This document shows positions 8,782 through 17,642 of a stretch of DNA of 34,673 nt, in pieces. The stretch covers positions 1-34,673 of IMG/VR virus record IMGVR_UViG_3300013121_000003. One strand, 5' to 3'. Every line of letters begins with the position of its first letter. Within the stretch, counting starts at the first letter, position 1. The position numbers and the translations under genes were made by a program. Source of the stretch: a virus (lineage: Duplodnaviria > Heunggongvirae > Uroviricota > Caudoviricetes). A model generated the notes under the pieces. It saw only the letters and a program-made list of their open reading frames with translations. It was not told where the DNA came from and made no database searches.

Positions 8782-10496
8782 TATGCACCTATCATTACAG
8801 AGAAGTTCTTATCCTTTTTGAATTCGATGACATGAGAAAACTTGTCGATTATTTGTTCGCTCTTATGAGAAATGACAAAGATGTTTGAGTTGTTTGAGAG
8901 TGCAGTGATGATCTTGACGAACTCTTCGGTTCCGCTTTGATCCAATGACGAATCCATAATCTCGTCAAGAATCAGTAGATTTGTGATTGAAGAATTTCTC
9001 ATTCTGGCGATCTCACGCCAAGTAAATAGAAGAGCAATATCGATTCTCATTCGTTCACCCTGGCTAAAATTCGCATAACTCATATCATCTCTATAGTTCG
9101 AACGAATAATTTCTTTGAAGTTTTCGTCAATTTCGAATTGACAAAAGAAATCCATTTGATCCAGATATTTATGAATCAGTTTGTTAATGATCGGGATATA
9201 CTGCTTGATAATTGTGGTTTTGATACCACCATCTTTAAGAAGTTGTGAAGCAACCACAAAGAGTTCTCTTTGATTGACCTTCTTCTCTTTCTTGACAACG
9301 ATTTTGCCTAGAACTTTCTTGTGGTTTTCTAGGTCAGAGGTATCAATCTCTTTCTTAGATTTCTCAAAATCTTTGATCTGTTGCTTTAGAAGTGAAATCG
9401 ACTTCTCATTGGCTTGGATTGATGATTCGTTCTTCTGGATTTCTTTGTTCTTGTCTGAGATTTGATTAGCGAGTTCGGTTGCTTTCTCAAGAGATTTGGT
9501 CAGCTTTGAAGCTTGGCGACTGAGCTTTTCTGATACCTCTATAACCTTCTCTCGCATTTCTTCTTGGACTTTAACAAGTTCGTTTTTGCGGGACTCGTCA
9601 ATAGGTTGTTGACATGTGGGGCAAGAGTCCATTTGCCGGTATTTTTCGGCCGTCCCCAGATACGATTTCTCTTTCTTTTCAAGACTTTTTTGGGTCGATT
9701 TCGTGTGTTCCAGTTTTGACCTAATATCGAGTAATGAAGCTGTTGATTTCTCTCCAAGTAACGAAATTTCATCTGTGATCTCTTTATTTTTTTGAACAAG
9801 CTGTTGAATTGATTCTGTAAGTTCATTGATAGAATTCTTTCGCTCTTCGATCATTGCTTGATTATTGATCTCTATTTCCTTGATATGTTTTTCGATCAAG
9901 GAAATTCTTGAGTTCAGTAGCTTTTCGTTGTGTTCAAGATCAGATATTTCGTCCTTGATCCGACCAATCGCATCCTTCAGGAGAACATTCATCTTACTGA
10001 AGATTTCAATATCAAGCAAATCTTCGATGATTTCTCGTCTCGTCTGTGCAGGAAGCAACATGAAAGGAACGAAGTTTGCTGAACCGAGAACTACAATTTG
10101 ACAGAACGTCTTGTAGTTCATCTTGAGAATGTTCTTCTCAAGATTATCCTGATAATCAAAAATATTTGCTGGTGGTGGAATCAGAGTTCCATCAACAAAA
10201 ATCTCAAATATGTTGGGTTTCATTCCTCGTCTAATAAGGAATGATCTTTGCCCAATATGAAATTCAACCTCCACTAACATTTCTTTGTCGTTGATGGAGT
10301 TGATCAGGTTCGGGAGATTTATATTACGGAATGGCTTCTTATAGAGGACATAAGTCAAGGCATCGATGCAACTTGACTTTCCACTTCCATTGATTCCACT
10401 TATACAAACTGTTGGATGTTCGTCTAATTGAATTTCGTTGAAGTGATTTCCAGTAGATAAAAAGTTCTTCCATTTCACATGTTTAAAATGTATTAT
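8781..10496 (-). CDS. 46: recombination endonuclease subunit gp46 (Rad50/SbcC-like); probable ATA start at 10496
   Basis: KNFLSTGN, GINGSGKS, CPTC hook, FSQGE and LILDE motifs; frame extends to (ATA)IHFKHVKW with GGAG upstream. Confidence 0.95.
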   Translation of the reverse strand: MIHFKHVKWKNFLSTGNHFNEIQLDEHPTVCISGINGSGKSSCIDALTYVLYKKPFRNINLPNLINSINDKEMLVEVEFHIGQRSFLIRRGMKPNIFEIFVDGTLIPPPANIFDYQDNLEKNILKMNYKTFCQIVVLGSANFVPFMLLPAQTRREIIEDLLDIEIFSKMNVLLKDAIGRIKDEISDLEHNEKLLNSRISLIEKHIKEIEINNQAMIEERKNSINELTESIQQLVQKNKEITDEISLLGEKSTASLLDIRSKLEHTKSTQKSLEKKEKSYLGTAEKYRQMDSCPTCQQPIDESRKNELVKVQEEMREKVIEVSEKLSRQASKLTKSLEKATELANQISDKNKEIQKNESSIQANEKSISLLKQQIKDFEKSKKEIDTSDLENHKKVLGKIVVKKEKKVNQRELFVVASQLLKDGGIKTTIIKQYIPIINKLIHKYLDQMDFFCQFEIDENFKEIIRSNYRDDMSYANFSQGERMRIDIALLFTWREIARMRNSSITNLLILDEIMDSSLDQSGTEEFVKIITALSNNSNIFVISHKSEQIIDKFSHVIEFKKDKNFSVMIGA

Positions 10497-10507
10497 TTTC
10501 CACTCTC

Positions 10508-11098
10508 CTATTGACCTTTTTTTAAATTATCTTTCCATGGTAATATTTGTAAATTTTCAACTAAAGACAATTCTTCAGGAGACATATTATTGTGAAAACC
10601 AAATCTTATAGAAATTATATGATCGAGTTGATATCCACCTTCGATTCCACATTTCGTTCTAGGAAAATTATTTGGATTAATTATATTCTTATATTTTTCA
10701 TATGTTTTAGAACTTAATCTATGAACTCTATTAACAAATCTTTTATATTCTGGTGTTGATTCACGTTTTAATGAATTTCTATAAACCTCTGTTTGCATAT
10801 ATGATTTGTCCATATTTTTTAATTTATTTAAATATTCTTCGCATGAATGCATACATTTTCTTGAACAATATATTGAATCTAAACTAGGAACAGTTTTGAA
10901 CGATTTCAAACAAACTTTGCACTTTTTATTATAAGAAGATATTATAGTTCCTGGTTTCATACCTCGTTTTTTAGGTTTAATTTTCCATCTTCTTCTTAAA
11001 ACTCTAATATATTTAAACGATAAATTTACTATTTTAGATATTTCTTTGTCAGTTTTACTATTATCTGATAAAAGTTTTATTAACTCTTCTTTTTCCAT
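10508..11098 (-). mobile_element. free-standing HNH homing endonuclease
   Basis: N-terminal HTH-like segment, CxxC...YCSRKC, C-terminal YQLDHII...NLQILPWKDNLKK; inserted between gp47 and gp46. Confidence 0.82.
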
Positions 11099-11127
11099 AG
11101 TAGTGATTCCTTTTATCACTACTTATC
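11099..11127 (-). promoter_or_regulatory. late-promoter-like GATAAGTA plus 9-bp hairpin around the RBS of the HNH gene
   Basis: Minus strand AGTAGTGAT-AAAAGGA-ATCACTACT-ATG. Confidence 0.55.
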
Positions 11128-11156
11128 TTTCTTCCATCTGACTTTAGAGAAATGAA

Positions 11157-12179
11157 TCATTCTAGAAGTGAAGCCTGTTGATATAGATTAATCATGACCT
11201 TTTCTAATTCTTTCTTATTCACATTCACATCAATCTGTTCGATATATTTCTTGATGATCTCAGGAGTTGTTTCAATACCCGAGAATACTTCTGTGTCAAT
11301 TTCTAGAGATTGTTGTTCTACAATCTTGATATCATGAGGTTTCTTTGATTGAACTTTCTCTAGAAATTCTTCGAACTTTGACTGTGAAGATTTGTTTCTC
11401 ACAACGATTTTGACATAGCAGTTTTCAATCAGTTCTGGAATGAACGATTGCTTCTCTTCGTCATAATCAAGCTGATAGAACAGTGTATATGGATTGTCGA
11501 TGAAAGTCAATCGGTTAGTCTTGGTATCGAGGATATGAAACCCTCGATCCGTTCCATAATCTCCCCAATTGAAAGCAAACGGAGCACCCAGATAATGAAT
11601 GTTTCCTCTTGAAGACTTAGAATGATAATGTCCAGAAAAGACCATTCCTAAATGTGCAAACTCGATAGGATCATCGCCATGCTCCGCAATGATTCCTGAA
11701 TTCATCTTGAACCCAGACAACTCAAGATGACCAAAACAATATTGTGCTCTTGAATCCTTGATGATTTTGAACGATTCTTCTCGATTGTCGGAAGTGATCC
11801 AAGGAACATAAAGAAAATCATCAACGTGCTTGGGCTTCTTGGTAATCAAATTGAAGTTTTTATATGACTTCAGAAGTTCATCAAGAGCATTCAACGAATT
11901 GGTCATTCGATAGGCAACATCGTGATTGCCAGCAACAATCGTGACAACCTGATTTCCAAGACGATCAAGGAAATCTGTCTTCATACGATTGAGAGTATTG
12001 AAGTTGATAAACTTCCGTCTATCAACTAAATCTCCAAGATGGATAACTCTATCGATCTTTTGTTCTTCTAGAGTTGGGAAGAAGACGTTATCAAAGAATT
12101 CCTTCTGCTTATCCAGAAATGAAATCTGATCATTTCTCACGCCGAAGTGAGTGTCAGTAATCAAAGCTATTTTAGTCAA
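11157..12179 (-). CDS. 47: recombination endonuclease subunit gp47 (Mre11/SbcD-like)
   Basis: DTHFG, GDLVD, GNHD, GHLE and SGHYH phosphoesterase motifs. Confidence 0.97.
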   Translation of the reverse strand: MTKIALITDTHFGVRNDQISFLDKQKEFFDNVFFPTLEEQKIDRVIHLGDLVDRRKFINFNTLNRMKTDFLDRLGNQVVTIVAGNHDVAYRMTNSLNALDELLKSYKNFNLITKKPKHVDDFLYVPWITSDNREESFKIIKDSRAQYCFGHLELSGFKMNSGIIAEHGDDPIEFAHLGMVFSGHYHSKSSRGNIHYLGAPFAFNWGDYGTDRGFHILDTKTNRLTFIDNPYTLFYQLDYDEEKQSFIPELIENCYVKIVVRNKSSQSKFEEFLEKVQSKKPHDIKIVEQQSLEIDTEVFSGIETTPEIIKKYIEQIDVNVNKKELEKVMINLYQQASLLE

Positions 12180-12181
12180 TA

Positions 12182-12613
12182 TTATTTACTTCCTTTCCAC
12201 TCATTTGATAACTTAATTGATTCGATGAATTGTTCGTAAGTCATATGTTTTTCGGCTAGAAATTTGGCAAGAATCTTAACTCTCTCTAACCAATATTGAT
12301 GGCCAATTCCATTCCACTTGTATGGTTGTTTTTCTTCATTCTCCCAATAACACAATCCATTATGTGAATGTCTATCACAAATGAGATTATGAAGTTCAAT
12401 AGCCATGATCTTGTGTGGATCAGACTTCTCTAGTTCTTTTTGTTTCTTCTTCAACTCCTTGAGATATTCTTCGGTAGCTTCTAGAGCTTCTTCGACATTT
12501 TTTTCGTCGATTGTTACGATCAATTTCCTTTTTCTTCTGGTGCAATCTGGTTTGGTGCAGTCTTCATATTCGTACCGTTCCCTTCCACAATAACATCCAC
12601 GATCATGAGACAT
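12182..12613 (-). CDS. hypothetical protein
   Basis: 143-aa ORF with Cys-rich N-terminus. Confidence 0.65.
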   Translation of the reverse strand: MSHDRGCYCGRERYEYEDCTKPDCTRRKRKLIVTIDEKNVEEALEATEEYLKELKKKQKELEKSDPHKIMAIELHNLICDRHSHNGLCYWENEEKQPYKWNGIGHQYWLERVKILAKFLAEKHMTYEQFIESIKLSNEWKGSK

Positions 12614-12615
12614 AA

Positions 12616-12822
12616 CTATTCCTCATTAGTGTTGATTAAAATCATTATTGCAAATATAGTTGCCAAAAATGTAAATGTAAAAGATAGTCCGGCTGCATCT
12701 TTATTTACTGGAACCCAACCAGTTATTGCAGAAAATGGAACTGCTAGAAAATGTAAAAATGCAATAAAGACTATTGTCCAAGCAACAAATCTCGCCTTCT
12801 TCATTATATACTCCTGATACAA
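12616..12822 (-). CDS. small membrane protein
   Basis: Two hydrophobic helices. Confidence 0.6.
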   Translation of the reverse strand: MYQEYIMKKARFVAWTIVFIAFLHFLAVPFSAITGWVPVNKDAAGLSFTFTFLATIFAIMILINTNEE

Positions 12823-12826
12823 TTGT

Positions 12827-12860
12827 GGCTCGATGCTCCTGGATTATAGAGCATCGAGTC
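12827..12860. promoter_or_regulatory. intergenic stem-loop
   Basis: GGCTCGATGCTC-N10-GAGCATCGAGTC; no U-tract. Confidence 0.5.
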
Positions 12861-12868
12861 AACTCAGA

Positions 12869-13117
12869 TCAATAGTCAACTTCCGTAACGTCGGTGACGA
12901 ACAAACGAGTGAGTTCGAAAACACCAACTGACGTTGTATCTGGGGATTGTTGTTCCATTAAATCTTTAGCATATTCGACTGCTTCTTCTTCAGTATCTCT
13001 AGTTTCGATATGTTCATAGGATTCATATCCAATTGAAGGTAACATACCATCTCTTGGATCACTATCCATTGGAATAACAACAAAAACCTTCTTTGTTTTT
13101 GGCTTAGCCATTATCAA
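12869..13117 (-). CDS. hypothetical protein
   Basis: 82-aa ORF in a packed operon. Confidence 0.6.
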   Translation of the reverse strand: MIMAKPKTKKVFVVIPMDSDPRDGMLPSIGYESYEHIETRDTEEEAVEYAKDLMEQQSPDTTSVGVFELTRLFVTDVTEVDY

Positions 13118-13299
13118 ACCTTTCTATTTGATTGTGATGCTTTGAATTCTGTGATCGCTTTGGCACAAGAGTCACGAATATTTTCAAGAATTAAACAAGC
13201 CGTGTCTCTCTGAAACCTGTTATATCCAGGTTCACTTAGCTTATCGATGTACTGCTTAACAATCGGTGGAAGCTGATTGTTCTTCTCTTCTTTCGTCAT
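13114..13299 (-). CDS. hypothetical protein
   Basis: 61-aa ORF with overlapping start/stop. Confidence 0.6.
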   Translation of the reverse strand: MTKEEKNNQLPPIVKQYIDKLSEPGYNRFQRDTACLILENIRDSCAKAITEFKASQSNRKV

Positions 13300-13441
13300 T
13301 CTCCAATTCCTTGATTAAAAATTGAACTTGTTCTAATGCTAATTCCACATTTCTTTTCCAAAGTATTAATGTTGCTGATTTTGGTGTTTCTAAAAGACCT
13401 TCTATATCTTTCAGATACAAAATTACATCTGACTTATCCAT
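13256..13441 (-). CDS. hypothetical protein
   Basis: 61-aa ORF with AGGA RBS. Confidence 0.55.
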   Translation of the reverse strand: MDKSDVILYLKDIEGLLETPKSATLILWKRNVELALEQVQFLIKELENDERREEQSASTDC

Positions 13442-13450
13442 TTAAAATCC

Positions 13451-13702
13451 TTACGCATTATATTTTTCGAAAATACTTTTTTCTCGTTTCTCAAATAGTT
13501 TTCCTTCTAGACCACAAAGTTCTTCTGAATCTCTTACATCGTGGCAATATCCTAAGAAACTTGTTGTTTTATATTTTTCACCAGTTACGATATCAGTTTT
13601 TTCTTCGACCTTTCTCGCATAACATAAATGTTGGTTTTTTTTCCATTTTCCATGTATATCATAGATATGATGCTTGCAGTCTTTACAAATTTTTTCTGAC
13701 AT
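13451..13702 (-). CDS. Cys-rich hypothetical protein
   Basis: CKDCKH...C...C...CGLEGKLF. Confidence 0.65.
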   Translation of the reverse strand: MSEKICKDCKHHIYDIHGKWKKNQHLCYARKVEEKTDIVTGEKYKTTSFLGYCHDVRDSEELCGLEGKLFEKREKSIFEKYNA

Positions 13703-13715
13703 GATTATCTAATTC

Positions 13716-14033
13716 TTAGACACAGTGATCCAAAATATCTTGCAATTCTTCTTCATCATCTGGAACATCCCACCATTCTCCATCAGTTCCAGTTGGATGT
13801 TTCATACTGATTCCACCTGTATTGGCATAATCAGGTTTGATTCTATTTTCATATTGAAATAGATCATAATGAGCCAATACTTCACAAATTTTCTTACCTT
13901 CTTCTATTGACTTAACAGGAACATAAAATGTTGTTTCCAACATCTTAATTTTATACAATGTTGGTGCTTGGCCAATTTGAGGAATCCACCAAACTCTAAA
14001 TTCAATTTGTGATGTTTCTGGTTTCATACCCAT
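13716..14033 (-). CDS. P22 gp17-like superinfection-exclusion-related protein
   Basis: RVWWIPQ...FYVPVKS.EEG...LA.YDLFQYENRIKPDYAN.GG, recognised from memory. Confidence 0.7.
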   Translation of the reverse strand: MGMKPETSQIEFRVWWIPQIGQAPTLYKIKMLETTFYVPVKSIEEGKKICEVLAHYDLFQYENRIKPDYANTGGISMKHPTGTDGEWWDVPDDEEELQDILDHCV

Positions 14034-14233
14034 TACCTAACTTTGAGATCGTATATATGTTCTTCAAGATTCTTTACTTTATTCTCTAGTTCTTCTATTT
14101 GTTTTCGGAGTTCGTCTATATAATCGTCCTTCTGACGAAGTTTCATTTGAAGTTCATCTCTACTTCCTTGATAGAGAACCAGTCCATCAATACTAGAAGT
14201 TCCACCCATTTTCTCGTCTCTGGTTTTACTCAT
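14033..14233 (-). CDS. coiled-coil hypothetical protein (start MSKTRD)
   Basis: The 5' extension in the ORF track overlaps the tRNA; AAGGG RBS precedes the ATG at 14233. Confidence 0.6.
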   Translation of the reverse strand: MSKTRDEKMGGTSSIDGLVLYQGSRDELQMKLRQKDDYIDELRKQIEELENKVKNLEEHIYDLKVR

Positions 14234-14250
14234 GTATTTCCCTTGATGAA

Positions 14251-14327
14251 TGGAGCCGGTAGCATGGACTTGAACCCGCAACATCTTCCTTACAGGGGAA
14301 GCGCTCTAACCATTGAGCTATACCGGC
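14251..14327 (-). tRNA. tRNA-Thr(TGT), atypical
   Basis: GCCGGTA/TACCGGC acceptor, D arm, CTTCC-CCTGTAA-GGAAG anticodon arm, TTCAAGT loop, encoded CCA. Confidence 0.8.
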
Positions 14328-14950
14328 TTTTTAGTAAATTTTCTTCCACAAATCCACCCATCTGGAATATATTCGTTGTTTTTTAGTTTTTTATTTTCTA
14401 AGCCATTCGTTATCCAGAATGTTCCATATTGAGAATTCTTAGTTCCTTTTAATTTTGAATTTGCAATTCCAATTTTTCTTTTTGTTTCTTCAGAGTGATT
14501 TTTTCCTGTCCAATTAAAAGGTTTTATTTTTCCTTCTCTATTAAAACGTTTAAATTTTTCAGAATTAACTTTCCTAGATTGTGGTAATTGTCCTGCATTA
14601 TCTACATTATATAATTCAAACAATACTTTGTCTGCATTTTTTCTACCAAGAGATGTATTACATAATCCAGTTTGGTTTACATATCCCCATCCACCTTTAC
14701 CACCAAAACAAATATTATAACTAGATTCTTCTAAAATAACAAGTTCTTTTTCTTTATTATTCATTTCTTCTTCAGAATCAAAAATATGAAGAATTTCTTT
14801 TGTAAAGTTTTCTATTCCATATTTTTTAATTGCTATCTTCAACAATTTACCAGAACCAAAATATCCATCATTAAGATTTTTTGTTTGGTGTTTTCCGATA
14901 TAATATTTTCCATTTAATTTATTTGTAATTTTATAAATTGTATAAAACAG
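14318..14950 (-). mobile_element. GIY-YIG (Seg-like) homing endonuclease with NUMOD3-like motif; probable CTG start
   Basis: Frame extends upstream of the track ORF: (CTG)FYTIYKITNKLNGKYYIGKHQT...YFGSG; HSEETKRKIG motif; in-frame TAA at 14963-14965. Confidence 0.88.
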
Positions 14951-14957
14951 TTTTGAT

Positions 14958-15013
14958 GTTCCTTACTTGACTAATAGGTCTTATGTATATGCCTACTTAG
15001 TCAAGTAAGGAAC
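14958..15013 (-). promoter_or_regulatory. 17-bp perfect inverted repeat sequestering the endonuclease RBS, with late-promoter-like CTAAGTA
   Basis: GTTCCTTACTTGACTAA (14958-14974) / TTAGTCAAGTAAGGAAC (14997-15013). Confidence 0.75.
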
Positions 15014-15019
15014 TCTATG

Positions 15020-15090
15020 AGCGGATAGTCGGAATCGAACCAACGTCATCTGCTTGGAAGGCAGTGGCTCTACCATTGAGCTATATCCGC
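15020..15090 (-). tRNA. tRNA-Gly(TCC)
   Basis: GCGGATA/TATCCGC acceptor, CTGC-CTTCCAA-GCAG anticodon arm, GGTTCGATT; CCA not encoded. Confidence 0.93.
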
Positions 15091-15096
15091 AGTTCT

Positions 15097-15423
15097 TTAC
15101 TTATGAAGCTTATAGACTCTCTTTAGAGGAAGAACGGCATATCCATCGTTCTTTGTACCATAGTCATACTTTCCACTTTCAGAATTGTATGTAACTCTAT
15201 GTCTCTCCACTTCTAAGACCTTAACCGCCACGATGCCTTCGTTCTTATCATACCCAACCTTCTCACGATTCCAAGTCAAAATTTCACCGATGTAAACACC
15301 AGCGAACTTTCCAACCTTGGCTCTAGTTGATTTCCACGAAGTTCCAATATAAAGAACTTCATCACCTGGATAAATCGTCTGATCAACTTCATTAACAAAT
15401 GATGTTTCTACAAATCTAGACAT
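15097..15423 (-). CDS. hypothetical protein
   Basis: 108-aa ORF. Confidence 0.65.
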   Translation of the reverse strand: MSRFVETSFVNEVDQTIYPGDEVLYIGTSWKSTRAKVGKFAGVYIGEILTWNREKVGYDKNEGIVAVKVLEVERHRVTYNSESGKYDYGTKNDGYAVLPLKRVYKLHK

Positions 15424-15656
15424 TATGCTCTCGAATTTTTCGCTATTATACTGATGATTTCTTTGTCAATTTCTTTTCTGATTTCATCTTCAAGAATTTT
15501 GACTTCAGTAGAATTGTATTGTTTTTCGTATTCTTCTTCAGTAATATCTTCGTATCCATGAAGGAATTCGTAAATTCTTACAAAACCTTTTTCAACTGGT
15601 GGTTCGTTAGGTTCTAAGTCTTTTAGATTTCCATGTTTTCTAATCATAGTTCCCAA
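15423..15656 (-). CDS. hypothetical protein
   Basis: 77-aa ORF. Confidence 0.55.
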   Translation of the reverse strand: MGTMIRKHGNLKDLEPNEPPVEKGFVRIYEFLHGYEDITEEEYEKQYNSTEVKILEDEIRKEIDKEIISIIAKNSRA

Positions 15657-16135
15657 ATCTTCACGTTTACATCAGCTAGACGATGTTTGATGATTGCTTC
15701 AATGACTTCCCAATTTCCTCCACCCAAACCAGCGCCAATCTTGGGCATCGAAATAGAACTTTTAAATTTATGTTCTTTAAGAGGTTTTAATTTATCATAT
15801 AAATTTAAAAATTTACTAACATATATCATACATTTATCGACCGAATCATATGAAACTTGCTTAGAACCATCCGAACTAAAATTCAATTGAGTAAAACAAT
15901 TTATAATTGTTTTGCCTTCAACTTCAACTGATAAAACTTCCCCAAGTAATTCAGATTTATTTTTAAATTCAGAACAAAGTTCTTTATAATCTTCGAATAC
16001 TTCAGGATAAAGTGTTTTGACTTGTAACGCAACGCCAGCACCCATGACCCCTTGTGCATTACAGCCATGGGCAATGAACAAATCAGGAGTCGAGAAAAGG
16101 TCGCCTTTGTGATACGTTAGCATGTTCAATTTCAT
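15644..16135 (-). CDS. macrodomain (ADP-ribose processing, T4 Tk.4-like) protein
   Basis: AHGCNAQGVMGAGVA and MPKIGAGLGGGNW motifs. Confidence 0.92.
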   Translation of the reverse strand: MKLNMLTYHKGDLFSTPDLFIAHGCNAQGVMGAGVALQVKTLYPEVFEDYKELCSEFKNKSELLGEVLSVEVEGKTIINCFTQLNFSSDGSKQVSYDSVDKCMIYVSKFLNLYDKLKPLKEHKFKSSISMPKIGAGLGGGNWEVIEAIIKHRLADVNVKIWEL

Positions 16136-16292
16136 CCTTTAAGAACTCGATTTCGTTTTTAATTTCATCTAATTTATATTCAATTTCGTCTAAATCTTTT
16201 AATAGAACTTCTGTAATATACGTTATTTTGATTCCGAACCAAAACAAAAACACATTAGTAAAAATCATCAAAATTAGAAGAAAGATTTCCAT
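16083..16292 (-). CDS. small membrane/coiled-coil protein
   Basis: Hydrophobic N-terminus. Confidence 0.55.
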   Translation of the reverse strand: MEIFLLILMIFTNVFLFWFGIKITYITEVLLKDLDEIEYKLDEIKNEIEFLKDEIEHANVSQRRPFLDS

Positions 16293-16295
16293 ATT

Positions 16296-16649
16296 TCACC
16301 TTTTTGATGTGCGTGACAAACGAAAACGATTGTTCATCTTATCATTTAATTTTTTTATAACTTCAGAATTTCCAAATCTTTCTATAAGATGTCTTAACTC
16401 ATAATCAATTTGTAATTCCTCTATTATTCGTAAAAGAATATCTTGTTCGCTATATCTACATAAACAATATTTTGTGTTGTAATCAAAATCTTTATGATTT
16501 TTTATTAATTTAAGTCTTTGATCGTGTGTAGCATAATAAGAAATAAAATGCTTTACTGAATTCGGTAATTCTTTTTGATTTAACATTTTTTCAATAAACC
16601 CAGGAAAATTTATCCTAATTAATTCACAAGATGAATATACATCTAGCAT
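16296..16649 (-). CDS. divergent member of the DxYSSxxLI helical-repeat family
   Basis: MLDVYSSCELIRINFPG; internal NTKYC matches the repeat consensus. Confidence 0.75.
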   Translation of the reverse strand: MLDVYSSCELIRINFPGFIEKMLNQKELPNSVKHFISYYATHDQRLKLIKNHKDFDYNTKYCLCRYSEQDILLRIIEELQIDYELRHLIERFGNSEVIKKLNDKMNNRFRLSRTSKR

Positions 16650-17179
16650 TTCTTCTTCCCGCTGATCTTGTGTTTGACCTCATAGTCCCGAACGAACTCT
16701 TGGATGTTATCATACATCTCATTCTGTTCAACCCCCAAGATCATGTTAGGATTGAGTTGGTCTTCGATCATCTGGTTCATGGAATTCTTGTAGAGCAAAT
16801 ATTGTTGTCTCTTCTCATAATTAATTCTTCTGACAAATGCCCACCAGATTACTTTTGTCAGATACGCAAAAGCATTTGGTTTGCCAGATTGTGTTGGTTT
16901 GGTTGGATCATAATTGTGAAGATACAAACAAACATTCTCAATTGCATCTGAAATCATTTCGTCTAAAAAACTATATGAAGAAAAACTTCTTTTGGTAGCA
17001 ATTCTATTTGTCAATAGAAGAATTGCTTGCCCAACATATTCTGGAATTCTAGGAAGTTCTTCACCAGCCTCTTTGGCTTTAAAATAAGCTTCTCTATAAA
17101 CCTTTAGATGTTCACAAAGTTCTTGATTATTAATATAGTTTACTGACTTACGTTTTTTCTCAATCAACTTGTCACTCAA
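16643..17179 (-). CDS. 55: late-transcription sigma factor gp55
   Basis: NYINN, FSSYSFLDEMISDAIEN and NAFAYLT...AFVRRI..EKRQ motifs. Confidence 0.96.
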   Translation of the reverse strand: MSDKLIEKKRKSVNYINNQELCEHLKVYREAYFKAKEAGEELPRIPEYVGQAILLLTNRIATKRSFSSYSFLDEMISDAIENVCLYLHNYDPTKPTQSGKPNAFAYLTKVIWWAFVRRINYEKRQQYLLYKNSMNQMIEDQLNPNMILGVEQNEMYDNIQEFVRDYEVKHKISGKKKC

Positions 17180-17201
17180 TAAAAATTTCCTTTATCTTTC
17201 A

Positions 17202-17229
17202 ATTGTATGGAGTTGCTGTTTCAAGTCAA
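17202..17229 (-). promoter_or_regulatory. sigma70-like promoter toward gp55
   Basis: TTGACT-N16-TACAAT. Confidence 0.55.
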
Positions 17230-17276
17230 GTGAAATATTCTGTAACATAATTTGAACACAATCGTTCATTTTTCTC

Positions 17277-17304
17277 TTGACAAACTCGGAATTGTGGATA
17301 TAAT
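17277..17304 (+). promoter_or_regulatory. sigma70-like promoter
   Basis: TTGACA-N16-TATAAT. Confidence 0.65.
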
Positions 17305-17453
17305 AAGGCTTGTGCCGTTATATGTGGAGGTATATTATTATTACTATTATTATTGTTATTAACTGTTATTAACTGGACGAAGACTCGTTAAGAGACTGGT
17401 CTTGGAGCGAAGCGACATTTCCCGTAGGGAAAGCTGTTATAGGTTATTTATTC

Positions 17454-17636
17454 ATGTCAAAAAAAGATGTTAAGTGGAAAACGAAAATAGGAAAATGTGT
17501 CTGTTGTCATAAATGTAAAATTTATACTGAAGGACCAATGATTGGTAGATGTATTTATGGTGGTCCATTTAGAGGCTATTGTGATGAAGATGGTAATGAC
17601 ATTTCTATAAATATTGAAAAACAAGAAATTAAATAG
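17454..17636 (+). CDS. small Cys-rich hypothetical protein
   Basis: 60-aa ORF. Confidence 0.5.
   Translation: MSKKDVKWKTKIGKCVCCHKCKIYTEGPMIGRCIYGGPFRGYCDEDGNDISINIEKQEIK
17606..17613 (+). promoter_or_regulatory. T4-type late promoter
   Basis: TATAAATA about 30 nt upstream of the 17643 ORF. Confidence 0.75.
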
Positions 17637-17642
17637 GAATCA

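Noticed and set aside
2470-16951. Plus-strand ORFs in the track (e.g. 2699..3133, 13336..13704, 16631..16951)
   Set aside because: They are antisense shadows of well-supported minus-strand genes
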